NCBI RefSeq assembly: GCF_006345805.1
Contig: NC_043001.1
Location: 43,958,001 to 44,022,000, forward strand
Origin: Octopus sinensis
Taxonomy: Eukaryota
Length of the DNA: 64,000 nt
Reading direction: 5' to 3'
Under the pieces are notes generated by a model. That model was not told where the DNA came from and made no database searches. It saw only the letters and a program-made list of their open reading frames with translations. A program made the translations under genes and the position numbers. Position 1 is the first letter of the stretch; every line of letters starts with the position of its first letter. This document shows, one piece after another, positions 11,058 through 25,582 of the stretch.

Positions 11058-12072
11058 GTAATTATATCTATTTAACTTTTTTAATACTCCTTACATTAAA
11101 TGTTAACTGTAATTTACTAAAGGTAGCACACATGAACAGTCAAGTGATGCGCTTCCGAAAATCTTTTCTGTGATGTCTGAGAGACAAGGTCACGTGACAA
11201 AGGCCATTCCTATCGCCGCCAAAGTTTAGGCTGTGATGATCTGAGGGTATTATCACAGGACAATAAGGGTGCCTGAGAATGAGAGTGAGCCGTGTACCTG
11301 TATGTATGCATGTGTACTTTTGCCTGTGTGTTAATAATTGAAAGACAGCTATGAGTTAATAATAAAACGAAATAAGGCTTATCTTAATAGTAAGTTAATA
11401 AGCGATGGAGATAGAATAATAGCGAACGAGGAAGATAGCGTAAGAGATACCGCTACATAATTTCCAGAATAGAAAAAAGGCATTCTTAATATATATTACA
11501 GTATATTTAATGAGGGCCGAAAGCTTCCGATTTATAGAGAAAATAAAATAAAACTATGTGATGTTCAAAAGTTTCTCGGTTTTCGAGCCAGCTACGATGA
11601 GAAATTGAAAAATAGACAAGAATGCAGCTCACTTTCACTTATTTTCTATTATGATGTTGATCCAACAAGAGTCTACTGCAATATATTCAGCACAGAACAT
11701 TTTTGCGTAAATGGTTCAGACACCGCCGCTTCAATAATCATGTTTTTAACATTAGAATTGTTATCTTGGGCAAATTCTCACGCAGTATTTCGTTACAGTT
11801 TTTGCATTCTGACCTCAAATCCTGCCGAGGCCAAAATTTACCTTTCATTCTCCCCTGGTTTGATAAAAATAAAGTATATTAAATATTGTGGTCAATATAA
11901 TATATATAAAACATCCCAGACATGAATGATAATATAATGGAAGACTGCGTGCTGAACATTGTCCACCGATATACTTTTTGTTTTCACGATATTCGTTTGT
12001 GTTTGTCTATATCAGGGATAAGTCCTCCACATGGTGACAGCTGAAAACTGTTTTCGTGTAGTTTATCTACAG

Positions 12073-12414
12073 CCAGGGTTCTCAACCATTTTTATTTATT
12101 TATCTATAGACCCCTTTGATTACTATTTTATTCAATTGGACACCCGTAGCCATTCGATGTTTAAAAACTAGTTTTGTAGAAACATTTTTCATACTTCCTA
12201 TTTTGTTTTCCACACATAAACTTGTGTGGGTTGAACTATGTAAAAGTAGCCTCGCCGTTTCTGGGAATACATACCAATACGTACATCTTAAACAAAATTT
12301 TCAGGGGCCCTTAAAATATTATTGTGGATCTCCAATTTACTATTTTGCTGTGTGGACCCCGCAAAATCTGGTATAGACCCTCAGGGGCCATATGGATTCC
12401 ATTGAGAACCACTG
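12073..12414. mobile_element. hAT (Charlie-like) MITE
   Basis: Ends CCAGGGTTCTCAA and TTGAGAACCACTG. 8-bp flanks ATCTACAG and ATCTACAA (7/8 identical). Confidence 0.75.
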
Positions 12415-12543
12415 ATCTACAATACCTTTATTTCTCTCTTCCCCTCTCTCTTTCTCTCTCATCCCTTTCTCATTCTCTCTCTCTCATTCCCCTCCTATTC
12501 TCTCTCTCTCATCTCCTTCCCATTCTCTCTTTCTTGTTCTAAG

Positions 12544-12672
12544 TCATGAAGTGGAACTTTCATTGCAAGTTAACGAAACTTGGGTCAATTCATACAGTAA
12601 TCTTGCTGTTTTCAACAATGAATTTTACCAGTCCATGGAATCTGTATATGAGCAGTTGGACTATAACCTTTC
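12544..12672 (+). CDS. Host-gene exon, SEA-domain-like N-terminal part
   Basis: Long pyrimidine tract + AG acceptor and GTGAGT donor. 129 nt, phase 2-2, open: HEVELSLQVNETWVNSYSNLAVFNNEFYQSMESVYEQLDYNL. The SEA similarity was judged by eye. Confidence 0.65.
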
Positions 12673-12801
12673 GTGAGTAAAGTTTCCTGTGACTTGGATA
12701 CGATAAGAATTTCTTGATTCTTCGATAGACTTCGCTATTTGTGAGTCTATGTATATCTTTCTTTGTATCTAATCACTAATTTACCTCCAAATACTTTGCA
12801 G

Positions 12802-12858
12802 CGTTCAGAACAAGGGACAGTCGAACAAACTGCTGGTGTTGGAAGGGTTTGGAAAGCG
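12802..12858 (+). CDS. Host-gene exon continuing the SEA-like segment
   Basis: TTTGCAG acceptor after a 129-nt GT-AG intron and GTAAAG donor. 57 nt, in frame with the previous exon: (S)VQNKGQSNKLLVLEGFGK(R). Confidence 0.55.
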
Positions 12859-14648
12859 GTAAAGGCAGCAGATATATTCTCACTGAGGATGTTGAAGCTC
12901 TCCACTGGTATGGGTCTGGGCGGGGAAAAGATTAAGCTAGAATTATTACCATAATGGAGCAGGATAAAATTAAAAAACAGAATTTTTTCTTAGATAGGGA
13001 AAAAAGAGGAATTTGTAAATGAAAGTAGATTTTTAACCCGAACCAGTATTTTGTTAGTTACATCAGTTATTTCTCGTAGACACACACATTGAAATTGAAC
13101 AGTCAAGTGATGGGGCTACAGAAAATATGAAATAAAAGGGACTCAATTTCTTGGCTAAATAAAGGGTAGGAATTGATGAAAAAAGGGTTAATGTAATCTA
13201 GTTTTATGTTTGAATTATCACTGCTATTGTAATTAAAATGTATGTAAAATGTACGGGTAATTGGATTCATTCCCTTAATCTTTTCTAAAATTTCACTCGG
13301 TTTATGTTTTCTCAGTTATCTTCTTTGGTTGTTCTTTTCGGCGTATGAAAGGCAGATTTGGTGTTCGTAATTGATAACGTGAAAGAAATCAGAAACGCAT
13401 ACGACCTACCATCCAGTGACGTCGAACACCACCCGATATGTTTTTACACACATTGTCTAGGAGGAAAATTTTCCCCCGGGATGATTTCCGTAACGAAAGG
13501 GCTTCACACGTCCGAGTGTACTCGAACGTGTCATATGACTTTACACGAATATATTTCATTCAAAGGTGCTTCGTGCGACTTTATTTAGGGAGTTTTTATC
13601 AACTAACTAATTGGATTATCTCACTTGATCGAAGTTTTTCAATTCGGTTTTATTACACATATGACATCTTATCGTAAATGTGTTAAATATCTCAAGAGTT
13701 TATCTTGCCACCATTCTTCCAGTTTATCTCCTCTATCTCTTATAATGTGTGTGCATGCATAAACCCTTGTCAAACTTAAAATGAATCATCACTCAAGTAC
13801 ACCCATCTTACTCCCACATGAAATAATGTATACGGTAGCGATTATTCCAAATTTCCAGTAAAAAAAATCCCTTTTGATATATTTAAACTGAAGCTGACTG
13901 TATTGAGATTAAATGTCACATCTTATCCGATCAAATAATACACCGGGAATTTTTCCTTTTTGCCAAATCGATTCTGCGTAAACCCTGTTCCACTATTTTT
14001 GTAATCTGTCCTTGTATTTTCCCATCATTTTGTAACAAATAAAGCGATTATGATTATTATTATTATTCATTGTGTTGTTGTTGTTATTATTGTTGCTGTT
14101 GATGATAATGATGGTAGTGATGTTGATGTTCCCTGTTTCCTTAGGCCGCTTAAAACTACTGCTGCCATGTTGACATTTCTTACTTAGAATGATGTAAAGA
14201 TGTATTTCATTAAACCCATTTGAGACAAATAAATCAGAATAAATTACTAATTCACGGTGATTTTGTCTTTGCCAAAAACAAAGAAAATACAAAACTAAAG
14301 GACACGCGGTATTTAGAAAATATTTAATGCGCAAAAGTGAAAATAATTGAGAAACAGGAAAAAAAAAAAAAAAAGATTAGCGATTAGCGAACGATCAAAA
14401 TACATACATACATACATACATACATACATACATACATACGTACATACATACATACATACGTACGTACTCCCTCTGTCTGTCTCTGTCTCTGTCTGTCTTT
14501 TTATCTCTCTCTCTCTCTCTCACTCACACACAGTATATATGTGTGAGTGTGTGTGTATATACAGTGAGCGCGTAAAATGCCATGGGATCGGGCATAATTT
14601 TTTTTTATATAATACAAACGAGTACTCGATACATTACATAAAGGAATG

Positions 14649-14704
<56 letters not shown>

Positions 14705-15228
14705 TGTGTGTGTTGTGTGTGTGTGTGTTGTGTGTGTATGTGTATGGCCGGGTATGTAGGTATGCAGAAACACCAATTCACATGCAATAACATCTACCAA
14801 TATATCATCTTAGACGCCTATAAACACGAAACGTTACACATTTGTACACACATATGTCTGTGTGGAAAATATTATATTGGATTTGCCATCATTTGCATAG
14901 CGTATCATCTTTCGTTTTTGCTGTTTAGTTGAATTGTTTATGCTTTATTTTTTTTATATTCGCAGTAGATGTAATTTTTTTTTTTTTACTATTTAATACA
15001 AAGCATAGGATGAAAATTGTAATCCGGTTAAAGTTTAGTATGTTGTATTTTTCTAGAAGGATATTTCCTCCCATTACCTGTATGAAGCTTCAATGTAAAG
15101 CATAAAGTTTAGGTTCAAATTTAATCAAATTTACACATTCTCTTCTACATTGTTTCTTCTCTCCAACCTCAGTCTCTGTAGTTACACGCTTTGATATCTT
15201 TATATCCCATCGGTACACATAGAATTTA

Positions 15229-15510
15229 CGAGGGGCGTTGAATAAGTAATGTTCCTGACCCACTTCCCATAGCAGTAGAGCAACGAAACTTGGCACAGTT
15301 ATTAGTCTTTTTCTACATAGGAACCACGCAGAGTTACGCATTTCTCCCATCGTTTGATGCAGCTCTGGAGACCGTTTTTGTAGAAGACCCCAGCTTGGTC
15401 CTCCAACCACGACGTGACTTCATAAATCAAGGCTGCATCATCTAGGAAACGCTTTCCTTTCAAAAATAGCTTCGTGGCTGGGAAGAGGTGAAAATCAGAG
15501 GGTGCAAGTC
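15229..15510 (-). mobile_element. mariner right-end fragment
   Basis: TA then CGAGGGGCGTTGAATAAG, a mariner-type TIR, followed by decayed transposase 3' sequence. Confidence 0.55.
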
Positions 15511-15662
15511 AGTTTTTCAAAGTTATGTATTGGGAAATGAAATGAAATAGAAGTGCTGTTAGAAATAACTTCGTTAATTCTTCATTCCACACCAAAAGTA
15601 AATATTGTTACTAAACAGTAAGAAAAGAAAGATGATAATACATCCACAAAATGCCAAAATAA

Positions 15663-15865
15663 TGGTTTCAAATTTCGGCACAAGGCCAGTAACTTCGGGG
15701 GAGGTGTAAGTCGATTACATCGACCCCATTGGTCAACTGGTACCTATTTTAACGACCCCGAGAGGATGAAAGGCAAAGTCAACCTCGGCGAATGTGAAAT
15801 CAGAACATAAAGACGGACAAAATGCTGCTAGGCAGTTTGTCGGATGTGTTAACGGTTCTGCAGGC
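15663..15865 (+). mobile_element. SINE fragment (GACCCCGAGAGGATGAAAGGCAAAGTC family)
   Basis: Related copies at about 22690-23100, 48425-48600 and, inverted and tandem, 57070-57460. Confidence 0.65.
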
Positions 15866-16649
15866 TTAAGAAAATCCTCTAATAATGACAATGAAGGTTA
15901 GACATCACTCTGAATAAGGACTTGAAAACATGAGCTAGTTTGTTACTATTTCCGACAATAAATAGCTTTATATTGTCCGTCCATGATGCGTGGTACGATA
16001 CTCCTAGTGCACAAACAGATTTTGGTTTCATCCCTCGTAACCAAAATCTCCCAGTTTGAATGAATTGTCCAGGTGAAAAACATTTAAAACCACTAGATAG
16101 TCTTCACCACAACTATATTCAGTCCTTGAAGCTGTGTGGTTGTTTATGTGCCAAAGACCCACAGAGCTATACCAGCGGAGCTTAAGATTTCTGTAGGGTC
16201 TCCTATGTTGGGCAGGAAAAAGGATAGAAAGCAGACTAATATGGACCATTTCTCCGTACTGATAAAAATGGGTTTCAGTAGGGCTATCTAGGACAAAAAG
16301 CATCGGTAACAATTCAAAACCAACAAGACCTAAGAACAGAGGGTTTTTCCTCAAAGAAACATATGACGCTGTGCAGCAAAATTCGAAAGGAAGACTGAAA
16401 TAAAGCTGAGAATGTAGAAATCCAACTGGAGAGAAAAAAAAAGGTAACAAGAGTCGAGAACAGTAGAGAAGTCGTCGATGGCCTGTGCTTCACAGAGAGT
16501 AAAGAGGTTAAATATGTAAGTAAATAAATGCATCTATGAAAATATCTCTGATCGCATCCGTATTATATTTTTCTCCTATGCGAAATTTGAAAAAGTCAAC
16601 ATTTTACTTAAATTCACCAGTTGCTCATGATCTGTATCGATGAGATATA

Positions 16650-17760
16650 CAGGGTATTCCAGAAAGATTTACCCACTGATGTTTCTTAATTATTTAAAAT
16701 AAATCTAAGGTAGGATAATGAAATTTGGCACACACGTTCTAATATAAATTGTCAATCCATTGGAGTAATTACTTTTCAAAATGACCACATCTCGCCTTGA
16801 TCATAGCCTGCAAACTAGTGATCACTGAGTTGTATGAGCGTCGTACCACCTCTTTATCCAACTTGATCCATGAAGACAGAAGGGCTTTCTTCAGATCTGA
16901 CACATTTGAATAGGAGCGAGCAGAAGCATTACTCTCTAAGATGGACCAGATAGCTAAATCCATGGGATTGATATCTGGATTTCAGGGGGGCAATATCGTT
17001 TTGTCCCCAAAACCACTGAAATGCTCTTTGTATCACTTCTGTGTCAAATTGTATATGTGGGCCGTAGCCCTGTCTTGAGTGACGATATAACGGTCACCAA
17101 AGGTTTCTGTGACCCAGGGTAACACTTTCTCATCCAACATTTCCACATAAACTTCACTGTTGACCTTGACGCCAGCATCGATGAAGTTCAAAGGAGACTT
17201 GGACCCATCAGATGCAACTGCGGCCCACACCATGAGTGAAGCAGGCTTCTGACAGCAAAATGACACCTGCTACCTTCGGGCAAGTCTCCAATCATTCTGC
17301 CTGTTGGTAACTTCCTCCACACTGAAGATCTCATTAGACCATATCAACACTTTATTAGTGGTGCGCATCATCTCAGCCAACATGGTTTTACCCCTGTCGA
17401 GCCTTTCCCTCTTGGAAGCTGCTGAATTCAACTGACGGGATTGTTTCTTGTGTGCAGTTAGCTTTAAATCCACTTTAAAAATCCTGTGCATTGACGATTT
17501 CGAAATATCAAGAAATTTTGCAGTATTTCTTGCACGTTTGCGGGGATTTCGGTTCTTCACAGCTTCAACAGTTTATTTGGTACGAATTGATCGTTTCCTA
17601 CCAGGAATTGGCTTGCTAGAGGTAGTAGCGGGCTCCATATATCGTTTCCAGGTATCGAACACTGTTTCAAGGCACACATTCAATTGTTTTATATCCTTGT
17701 TGTTCACTCCTGCTGTTTTCAACGCGACAATCTGGTTACGTTTTGATTTTGATGCCATAT
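16650..17760 (-). mobile_element. Decayed maT (DD37D) Tc1/mariner transposon
   Basis: TA + CAGGGTATTCC end. Minus-strand ORF pieces MASKSKRNQIV..., LMVWAAVASDG, and TQDRATAH...NPDINPMDLAIWSILE with 37 residues between the Asp. The 5' end is cut by a SINE module at about 17770. Confidence 0.85.
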
Positions 17761-17767
17761 TTGTTTA

Positions 17768-17965
17768 CCCCCACCGCTTGACAACCGGTGTCGGATTGTT
17801 TACGTCCCCGTAACTTAGCGGTTCAGCAAAAGGCACCGATAGAATAAGTACCAGGCTTTAAAAAGAATAAGTACTGGGTTCGACTCCTTTGATTAAAAAG
17901 AAAATTCTTCAAGGCAATGCCCCAGCATGACCGCAGTCTTATGACTAAAACAAGTATAAGGTAAA
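17768..17965 (+). mobile_element. 3' module of the composite SINE
   Basis: CCGCTTGACAACC...CCCAGCATGACCGCAGTC matches 10690-10860. Confidence 0.75.
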
Positions 17966-18191
17966 AGTTAAATATAGAAGAGTGTTAAATTTTAGAATTG
18001 AACTTGCTCTATGCTTGAAATTAAGATTAATGCACGGGGTTTAATGATGGGAAGTAAAAAATACTGTACAGATACTAAACATTAAGTGGATTCGAACTGT
18101 TATCCTTTGCCTTGCATAAAACAATAAATATTTTAAAAAGTAAACCATTTTAATAAACAACAAAACGTTATGTGAATGCTTGTACATTATA

Positions 18192-19404
18192 CGAGGGTTA
18201 AGTAAAAAAAATTATACACACTTTTAATTCTATAATTCATCAAAACAAAAGCAGGGGTTGAACAATTGTAGCATTTTTCGACAGCGTCTCCGTGCTTTTC
18301 GATGCACTTCTAGCGGCCCACAAACTTGCTTATTCTGTCGGAGAAGAAAGTTTTCAGCTGCTCGTACAGTCATTTATGCACTGTTCCACTGCTTCCTGCA
18401 CTTCATCAACAGCAAATTGATGACATTGTAAAGGATGTTCGAGTAGTCCAAAGAGGTAATAGTCGGAAGGGACGAGATCTGGACTGTATGAAGGATCTTG
18501 CAGCAACTCGAAACCCAATTTTTCAATGGTTTCAACAGTGTGGCGATCGTATGTAGACGCGTATTGTTGCCAACAATCACACTTGCTTTGGTAATAGACT
18601 TCTGCGTTTGATACGAATTGCTGGTTTGAGTTTGTTGGCTAACGTTTTACTGTAACCTACACTGATGACTGTAGTCCCCTTTTCTAGGTAATATTTCAGT
18701 ATAGGTCCTTTTGTGTTCCACAAAACGATTATCGTCACTTTTTTAGCAGAAGGTTGAGTCTTGAATTTTGTTTGGTTGGCGATTCCGGGTGTTTCCACTC
18801 CATATTCTGCCTTTTGTATTTTGACTCAAAGTAATGGACAGAAGTTTCATCTTTTGTGACAATTCTCTCCAAAAAAAGCTTCACCTCTAACGCTGTAGCT
18901 TTACTGAAGTGAAGCCTGTCGTGCACGAAGAACCATAACTAATTTGAAGAGAACATGCCACCTCATTGATGGTCACTCGTCGATTCGCTAGAACCATTAC
19001 TCGAGCTTGTTGAATCTTCACGTCAGTGGTGGAAGTTAATGGGTGTCCAGCTCCCCCCTCCTCTTTGTGCTACACGCTTGTTCGGCCATTTTTAAACTTC
19101 TCGATCCATTCATACACACTTCTACGCGATAGAGCGCTGTCCCCGTATTGTACTGAAAGTCTGCAATGAATTACATCCCCTGATACACCTTCAGACCAGA
19201 GAAACTGTTCTTCCTTGGTGCACACTGCCAGCAGACCGGCTATGTTTACTCTGTAATACAATAAAGAAAGCCGGAGAGATCGAGGTCAAACCTCGGTCAT
19301 ATAGCCACAAGAATACCACGTATTAACAGGCGAGTGCTGAAGGCAGTGCAGCTAAACTAAAGAAAGTTTTGGTGGAAGTGGGAATCATTTTCGACTTCAC
19401 CTCG
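18192..19404 (-). mobile_element. Decayed mariner (DD34D-type) element
   Basis: TA-flanked CGAGG... termini. Minus-strand HTH (SVYEWIEKFKNG), RIVTKDETSVHYF, KKVTIIVLWNTKG and YSPDLVPSDY motifs. Confidence 0.85.
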
Positions 19405-21289
19405 TATATTTTTACTGACAGGGAGACGTTAACTTCATTCAGTATAAAGAATACACTGTACGAAGCCTCACCATATCTGACAACAAATCGCCAAATGCTT
19501 ATTGTCAATGATGGGACCTGGCAACGTGGTAAAATAATACAATTGTACATACAAGAAGTACTGGTTTCATCCTTTTCATGTGAAACTTTGGCAGTGACAG
19601 TAAACTTCTCTGGTGAAATAGACACAGACATGCACGCTCACACGCGCACGCACGCTCACACACGCTCACACGCGCACGCACGCTCACTCGCCCGCACAGC
19701 TCATGAACGAAAATGAGAATACACAATATGTTGTGTAGAGTGAATATGTTTATTATAATAAATATCACTTCATTTAACTAATTTTAAGTTGTATGTTAAA
19801 TGGTGCAATCTTCAGATAGGTGTAATTCGAAAGAAATTCTTTACTCTTATCATACCTATCTAAAGAATGTGCAATTGGGCAAGAAACTTAAACTCATGGA
19901 AATTTAATAAATATATCCTTGTTTATTTTTTTTACATCTTGTAAACGGTAGCGTAATTGGTTAGTGCATACATACATACATACGTAATACATACATACAT
20001 ACATACATACATACATACATACATACATACATACATACATACATACATACATACACACACATACATACATATATACATATATGCATGCATACATATGTGT
20101 ATATATATATATATAGACTCTCTACCCCCCTAGCTGTATACATACACCACCTTAAGTCCCAGAATATTCGCTATACCCTATCTGGTTCGTTGTTTGTGGG
20201 GCTTCCCCGTTTCCCTGTACAATACTAACCACCGTATATGTATGTTGTGTTGCAGGGAATCACTTGCAATCCTTCGCCAGCACAACCCCTTGTTACTCAA
20301 TAGGTTCTCTGACGTAATCTACTCATGCAGACACAAATTTCATTCCACTTTTGCCCATTAAGAGTTCTCCTAATTATTGTTAGGTACTTACTTATTACAA
20401 AGCTTTGCTTGCGGCATTTTGTTCTCTATATTCCTTGTACCTTTCTCCCTGTCTCAGCATATCTTTCTCCTCCTCTATCTCCATCCCTATTTCTTATAAA
20501 ACATGCTCAAAAATCAAATCTTCAATAGATTTCATAACAAAATTATATGATGAAAATTCAAATGTTCAATAAATTTCACAATATCATATTATGTAAGTTC
20601 AAATTTTCGATGAATTTTGTAGCAACAATACGAGAAATTTGAAAAGATTCGTAGCAATAAATTATGTTAGCAATTAGTTTTTTATTTATTTGTTTGTTTC
20701 AGTCAATAGACTGTGGTCGTGCTGGGGCACCGCCTAGATGAAAAATTTAAAATATAAGGAAAACGTTTTTATTAAAGCTCTATCGAGTTGTATGAAATAG
20801 AATTGCTCGTTGTTTGCTATATTATTTCGAAAGTGAAACTAAACGATGTTTCAAGCTGATACTGCCTTGTATTTGTTGGTTCCAAATCATAGGCTCAAGT
20901 CCTGATTCGATACTTACTCTAAAACGCCACTTATTTTTGTTTGACAGTAGCCTAACGTTCTGGTTGGCTGACTCGTTTAAGACGTCACTCATTTTCTAAT
21001 GTTTCGGTCGACTGAATGCTTAATAACATCACTTGTTTTTCTTTTTTTTCCCCTCAGACTCCAATTTTAAGCAAAAACTCAGTTCAATTAACCAATACCA
21101 GCAAGACGGCAGCAAAGAAGGTCGAAAATGTAATTACACAGTAGATTGATGTTAGGGTTTCGTATCCCGAAAGGAGCTCGTTGCTTCTACTTTCATATAC
21201 TTTTATTATTTTTGTTGGTTTCAGTTGTTTATTTGAGTCGAAAATACAGTGTTTTCTCATTCTTTCATTTTATTTTACAGTATTTATAT

Positions 21290-21870
21290 TTCTTAACAAA
21301 GATGTTTTTCTCCTGAATCAAAATTGAACTGATGTGCTCCCGATACATTGATATAAAGGGAAAATTTGAGATGCCTGTTTGTTGGACAAAGATCCAAATG
21401 TATTTTCATGGCACTGGAGTATCGTATCTGTTCACGGTGAACGGTCACTCTGTGTATCAGAGTTAATTCTATTTGTTCTGTATAGTCTTTCTCACAACCA
21501 TTGCATTTGATTATACATAAGTGAAATTTCTTGATGCCCAAGTGAAATACGTTTTGTAGCAAATATTGGACCTTATTTAAATTCATATATCAAGCTCTCA
21601 ATACGGTTGATGGAAATTCCACAGTTAAAGAGGTTACATTTTTGGACTATTAGAGTGTAAGTTGGTGCTAGAAAATAACTTTCTGAATATTTTGTCTTTA
21701 ACTTTAATTACATTGCGTGTTTTGAGTGTCTTTTTCATTCCTGGATTATTCATTAAAAAAATGGAATACTCTGATAGATGATGTTGTATGTTTCCGTGTT
21801 TTTTGGATTGTGTGTTGATATATAAACAAAATATTGTGTCAGGGGTATTTTTTACTTTTCATAATTCTTA
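21290..21870 (-). mobile_element. Penelope-like element remnant (linker + GIY-YIG endonuclease)
   Basis: IIKCNGCEKDYTEQIELTLIHRVTVHREQIR...HLDLC resembles the PLE C-x2-C-x3-Y-x-G-Q-T GIY-YIG region. Upstream FISTHNP is linker-like. Confidence 0.7.
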
Positions 21871-21883
21871 GGTGGTTCTATTC

Positions 21884-22411
<528 letters not shown>

Positions 22412-22412
22412 T

Positions 22413-22443
<31 letters not shown>

Positions 22444-22515
22444 GTATATATCTATCTATCTATCTATATATATATATATATTATATATATATATATTATA
22501 TATATATATATATAA

Positions 22516-22556
<41 letters not shown>

Positions 22557-24138
22557 ATATATATATAGAGAGAGAGGGGGGGCTTTCTTAAGGGTGACAG
22601 TGTCAGAGAAGTATAACAATACTCGTCAATATTCAAGGCAAAATGTTGATTCTTTTCTGATCCACTAGCCCAATATTTGGACAGAATAGGTATGATAAAC
22701 TGAATCTATTCAATATATGACTGGTACCTAACTGTTTTGTCAACCAAAGAGTAATGAAGGACAAGGTCGACCATGTGAAAATTTAAATCAGAATATGAAG
22801 ATGTAAAATATACAGAATTTGGTTAAGTGTTCTGAGTATATCGATCACCTCCACAATTCTCATTTAAAGTAAAATATCAATTTCTTTGGACTAGATACAA
22901 GGTCAATTGTATATAGATTGAAAATGGGATTCAACTGGGGGTTAAAAATGTGCTAGTGATCCCGACTTGCTGGCTGATGGCTTGTTACTTGAAACACTGA
23001 CCCTTATTCACTTTTATAATTAGGGATTACTTTCAAAAGGTCATCTAAATTGACTGATAAAGGACGAAAGCAACCTCTGTGAGATTTGAACGCAAAAGTA
23101 GAGTTACGAAAGACCGATGCTCTACTATTTCTTATTTGAAATGCAATAATGTATTAAAGGAATAAAAATATCTATTACTAAAGGCTAAATGGGAAATTAA
23201 TCAAGTGCAGATTTGAAATACTTGCGTATATGTACACTATAGACTTGGAAATTCATCAGCTTTGCGAGACGATAGCTTTATATAATTACTCATTTCATCA
23301 CGTTATTGTTTGTCCTCTAATTGTCTTAACACTTGTTTGTCCTCTAACATAATACTTGATTTTGTCTGGCTTCACACGTGACAGTTAAAGGGTAATACCG
23401 GTCAGATTGTGCCAGCTTGCTATTTTCACCTTAACAATAAAATTTATAACATATTATATAAACGTTGTGAATTTCTAAGGCGATCTAAATGAACGAAGGT
23501 AATACGGTGTGTGTACATATGTAATTGTGTATCTGTGTATGCATGTGTGCATGAGTATTTATTAAATGTATTATGATGTGAGTGAGTTGAAGCTTCAATG
23601 GATAAGATTCGAGAAATAAGATATCCCCTCAAGGTAGATTGATGAGAAACATTTATTTTTTTGTTACAACCAGCATCATTCCATAACCCCCAGCCACTCA
23701 GATGTTCTCCCCGTTGCAACTCCTCTTTTTCTGTGGTTATTGACTTTTTATATTATTTATTTATTTTGTAACCTTTTAGACAGATTTAGAATGTGTGCTT
23801 TACAGATTTATTCACCATAGCAACATGCCAAGAGCCGTTAATCTCTTTTAAGCGTATTGGAAAGTTCACATCTGGCCGTATTAATCTCTCATAACGATAA
23901 AGTAGATCAGAACACGCTAGGTGGATGTCGAGACCAAAGAAGAATTTTACCTAAAAGTGGCTGTGCAAAAGGTGCTTTGATAGAGTTCCTTGGGGAGATA
24001 AACATTTACCAATACTCTAGACTAAAATCATTCAAAACATTTTGATTACTCTCAGACACTTGCTTGCATCACCTGCAAAGACCATTTGACTCCGATTTCT
24101 GTTATTTTCATCGCTAAGACCAATAATTTTCATATCAG

Positions 24139-24245
24139 ATCTAAAACAACAGAAATATATTTTAAAAGCAGAGACAGTCAATTTCTATTTGAATTTTCGT
24201 AAATTTCTGACTGCTCCGAGAATAAAGGATTTTGTTTTTGTAAAG
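24139..24245 (+). CDS. Candidate host-gene exon (extracellular region)
   Basis: Acceptor TAATTTTCATATCAG and strong donor AAG|GTAAGA. 107 nt, phase 1-0, open: (D)LKQQKYILKAETVNFYLNFRKFLTAPRIKDFVFVK. It is not inside a recognised repeat. Confidence 0.4.
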
Positions 24246-24365
24246 GTAAGAAGCATTATTGTTATTTTATATCATTTCACAAATTAAAGCTTTCATTGAT
24301 TAAACAATAAAAAAAACCCAAACCCCAAAACAAAATCAAATAACAAGACAAAGTTTGAAAGATTT

Positions 24366-24447
<82 letters not shown>

Positions 24448-24809
24448 CACACACACACACACACTTATTCGCTACTGACACACATGTAATATCGCAATAT
24501 ATTTGATAACTTAATATTCTGAATTCTATATGTATCATGAATAAGGATAAGAAGTTTTCGTTTTGCAACTTTTCAATTCATATATAACAATATATGTTGT
24601 GCGTTTGTAACAAGATACCTTTTATTATCCAATGTGGTTGCCCAGATCATTTGGACTTTAAGTTATGACAACATTGGTAAATCAATGTCTGATGTGAGCA
24701 ATATACTTCTGTTATTCATTCTTTCTCTCTTGCCGCTAAAATATCTGTTCAAATGTACAAAAGGTTATACAGTATGTATAGTTCTTGAAGAATAAGGAGT
24801 AATTATTTA

Positions 24810-25582
24810 CCGTACTTGGCGTATAAGACACTTTTTAAAAACTAAGTTTTAAATGTATCTAAAAACTGCCCTGCGGCCATATTATGGTTGAGAGACCGAG
24901 TATTGTAGGCTAGAGAGCCTGATGAGAATAAGTTCGTGAGACACAGTAACTCTTGCTTATAAGAAAATTTGAAAACAAACCAAAATATCTCAGTCTATCA
25001 ATGTGAACTCACGAAAATTGTTTACAGTACGCCGGCAGTTATGTAGAGGGGTCACATTATCTCATTATATTACCTACCCCAGCATACATAACCCCACACC
25101 TGATATGTGTCTTACATTACTTAATGGCTGTGTTACCTTAAACAAACATTTAAAAAAATTAGCTACATGAAAATTCTTCTACAAAGATGAAAGGAATTTT
25201 AAACTTTCACCCGACTGTCAACTATTTGCAATGAGTGAATGACAACAAAACCACAGCGATGCAACATAAAACATAAGAGCTAGAGATACGAGCTTTACAT
25301 CTTTTATGGCTATTCCCTTAAATCAAAATATAAACAACTATATAGTTGAGGTGAAAGAAGATTGAATTGAAATACGGTATTCGAATAATGTACTTAATAC
25401 ATAAAAAACTTATGGTTTCACACTTTATTCCAATATGATGTCACAACAGTGTATCCCCTACAGAACCACTTTAAATAACTTTCTTTTAATACGCGTATGA
25501 TGAAATATACTAAATTTGTTTTTTTCCACAAAATATATTTGTACAATATGTGAGACCACGTCTTATACGCCGGAACATACAG
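24810..25582. mobile_element. Tc2/Kanga-like MITE
   Basis: TA|CCGTA...GGCGTATAAGAC at the left end and GTCTTATACGCC...TACAG at the right end, as imperfect inverted termini. Confidence 0.5.

Noticed and set aside
13315-13588. ORF ...ADLVFVIDNVKEIRNAY... as the next SEA exon
   Set aside because: No AG acceptor gives the phase-2 junction required by the 12858 donor, and there is an in-frame TGA just upstream. Left unresolved.
16028-16450. Minus-strand ORF ending FKLGDFGYEG (kinase DFG-like)
   Set aside because: No HRD or other kinase motifs and no splice support. The opposite strand looks like decayed LINE linker.
21058-21130. Strong acceptor with open frames
   Set aside because: Lies antisense to the 3' flank of the Penelope-like remnant, with weak donors.
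24056-24200. TLACITCKDHLTPISVIF as a GPS cleavage site
   Set aside because: Spacing is C-x2-C-x2-HLT rather than C-x-C-x-HLT. There is no phase-0 donor, it is 26 kb from TM1, and it overlaps a better exon candidate in another frame.
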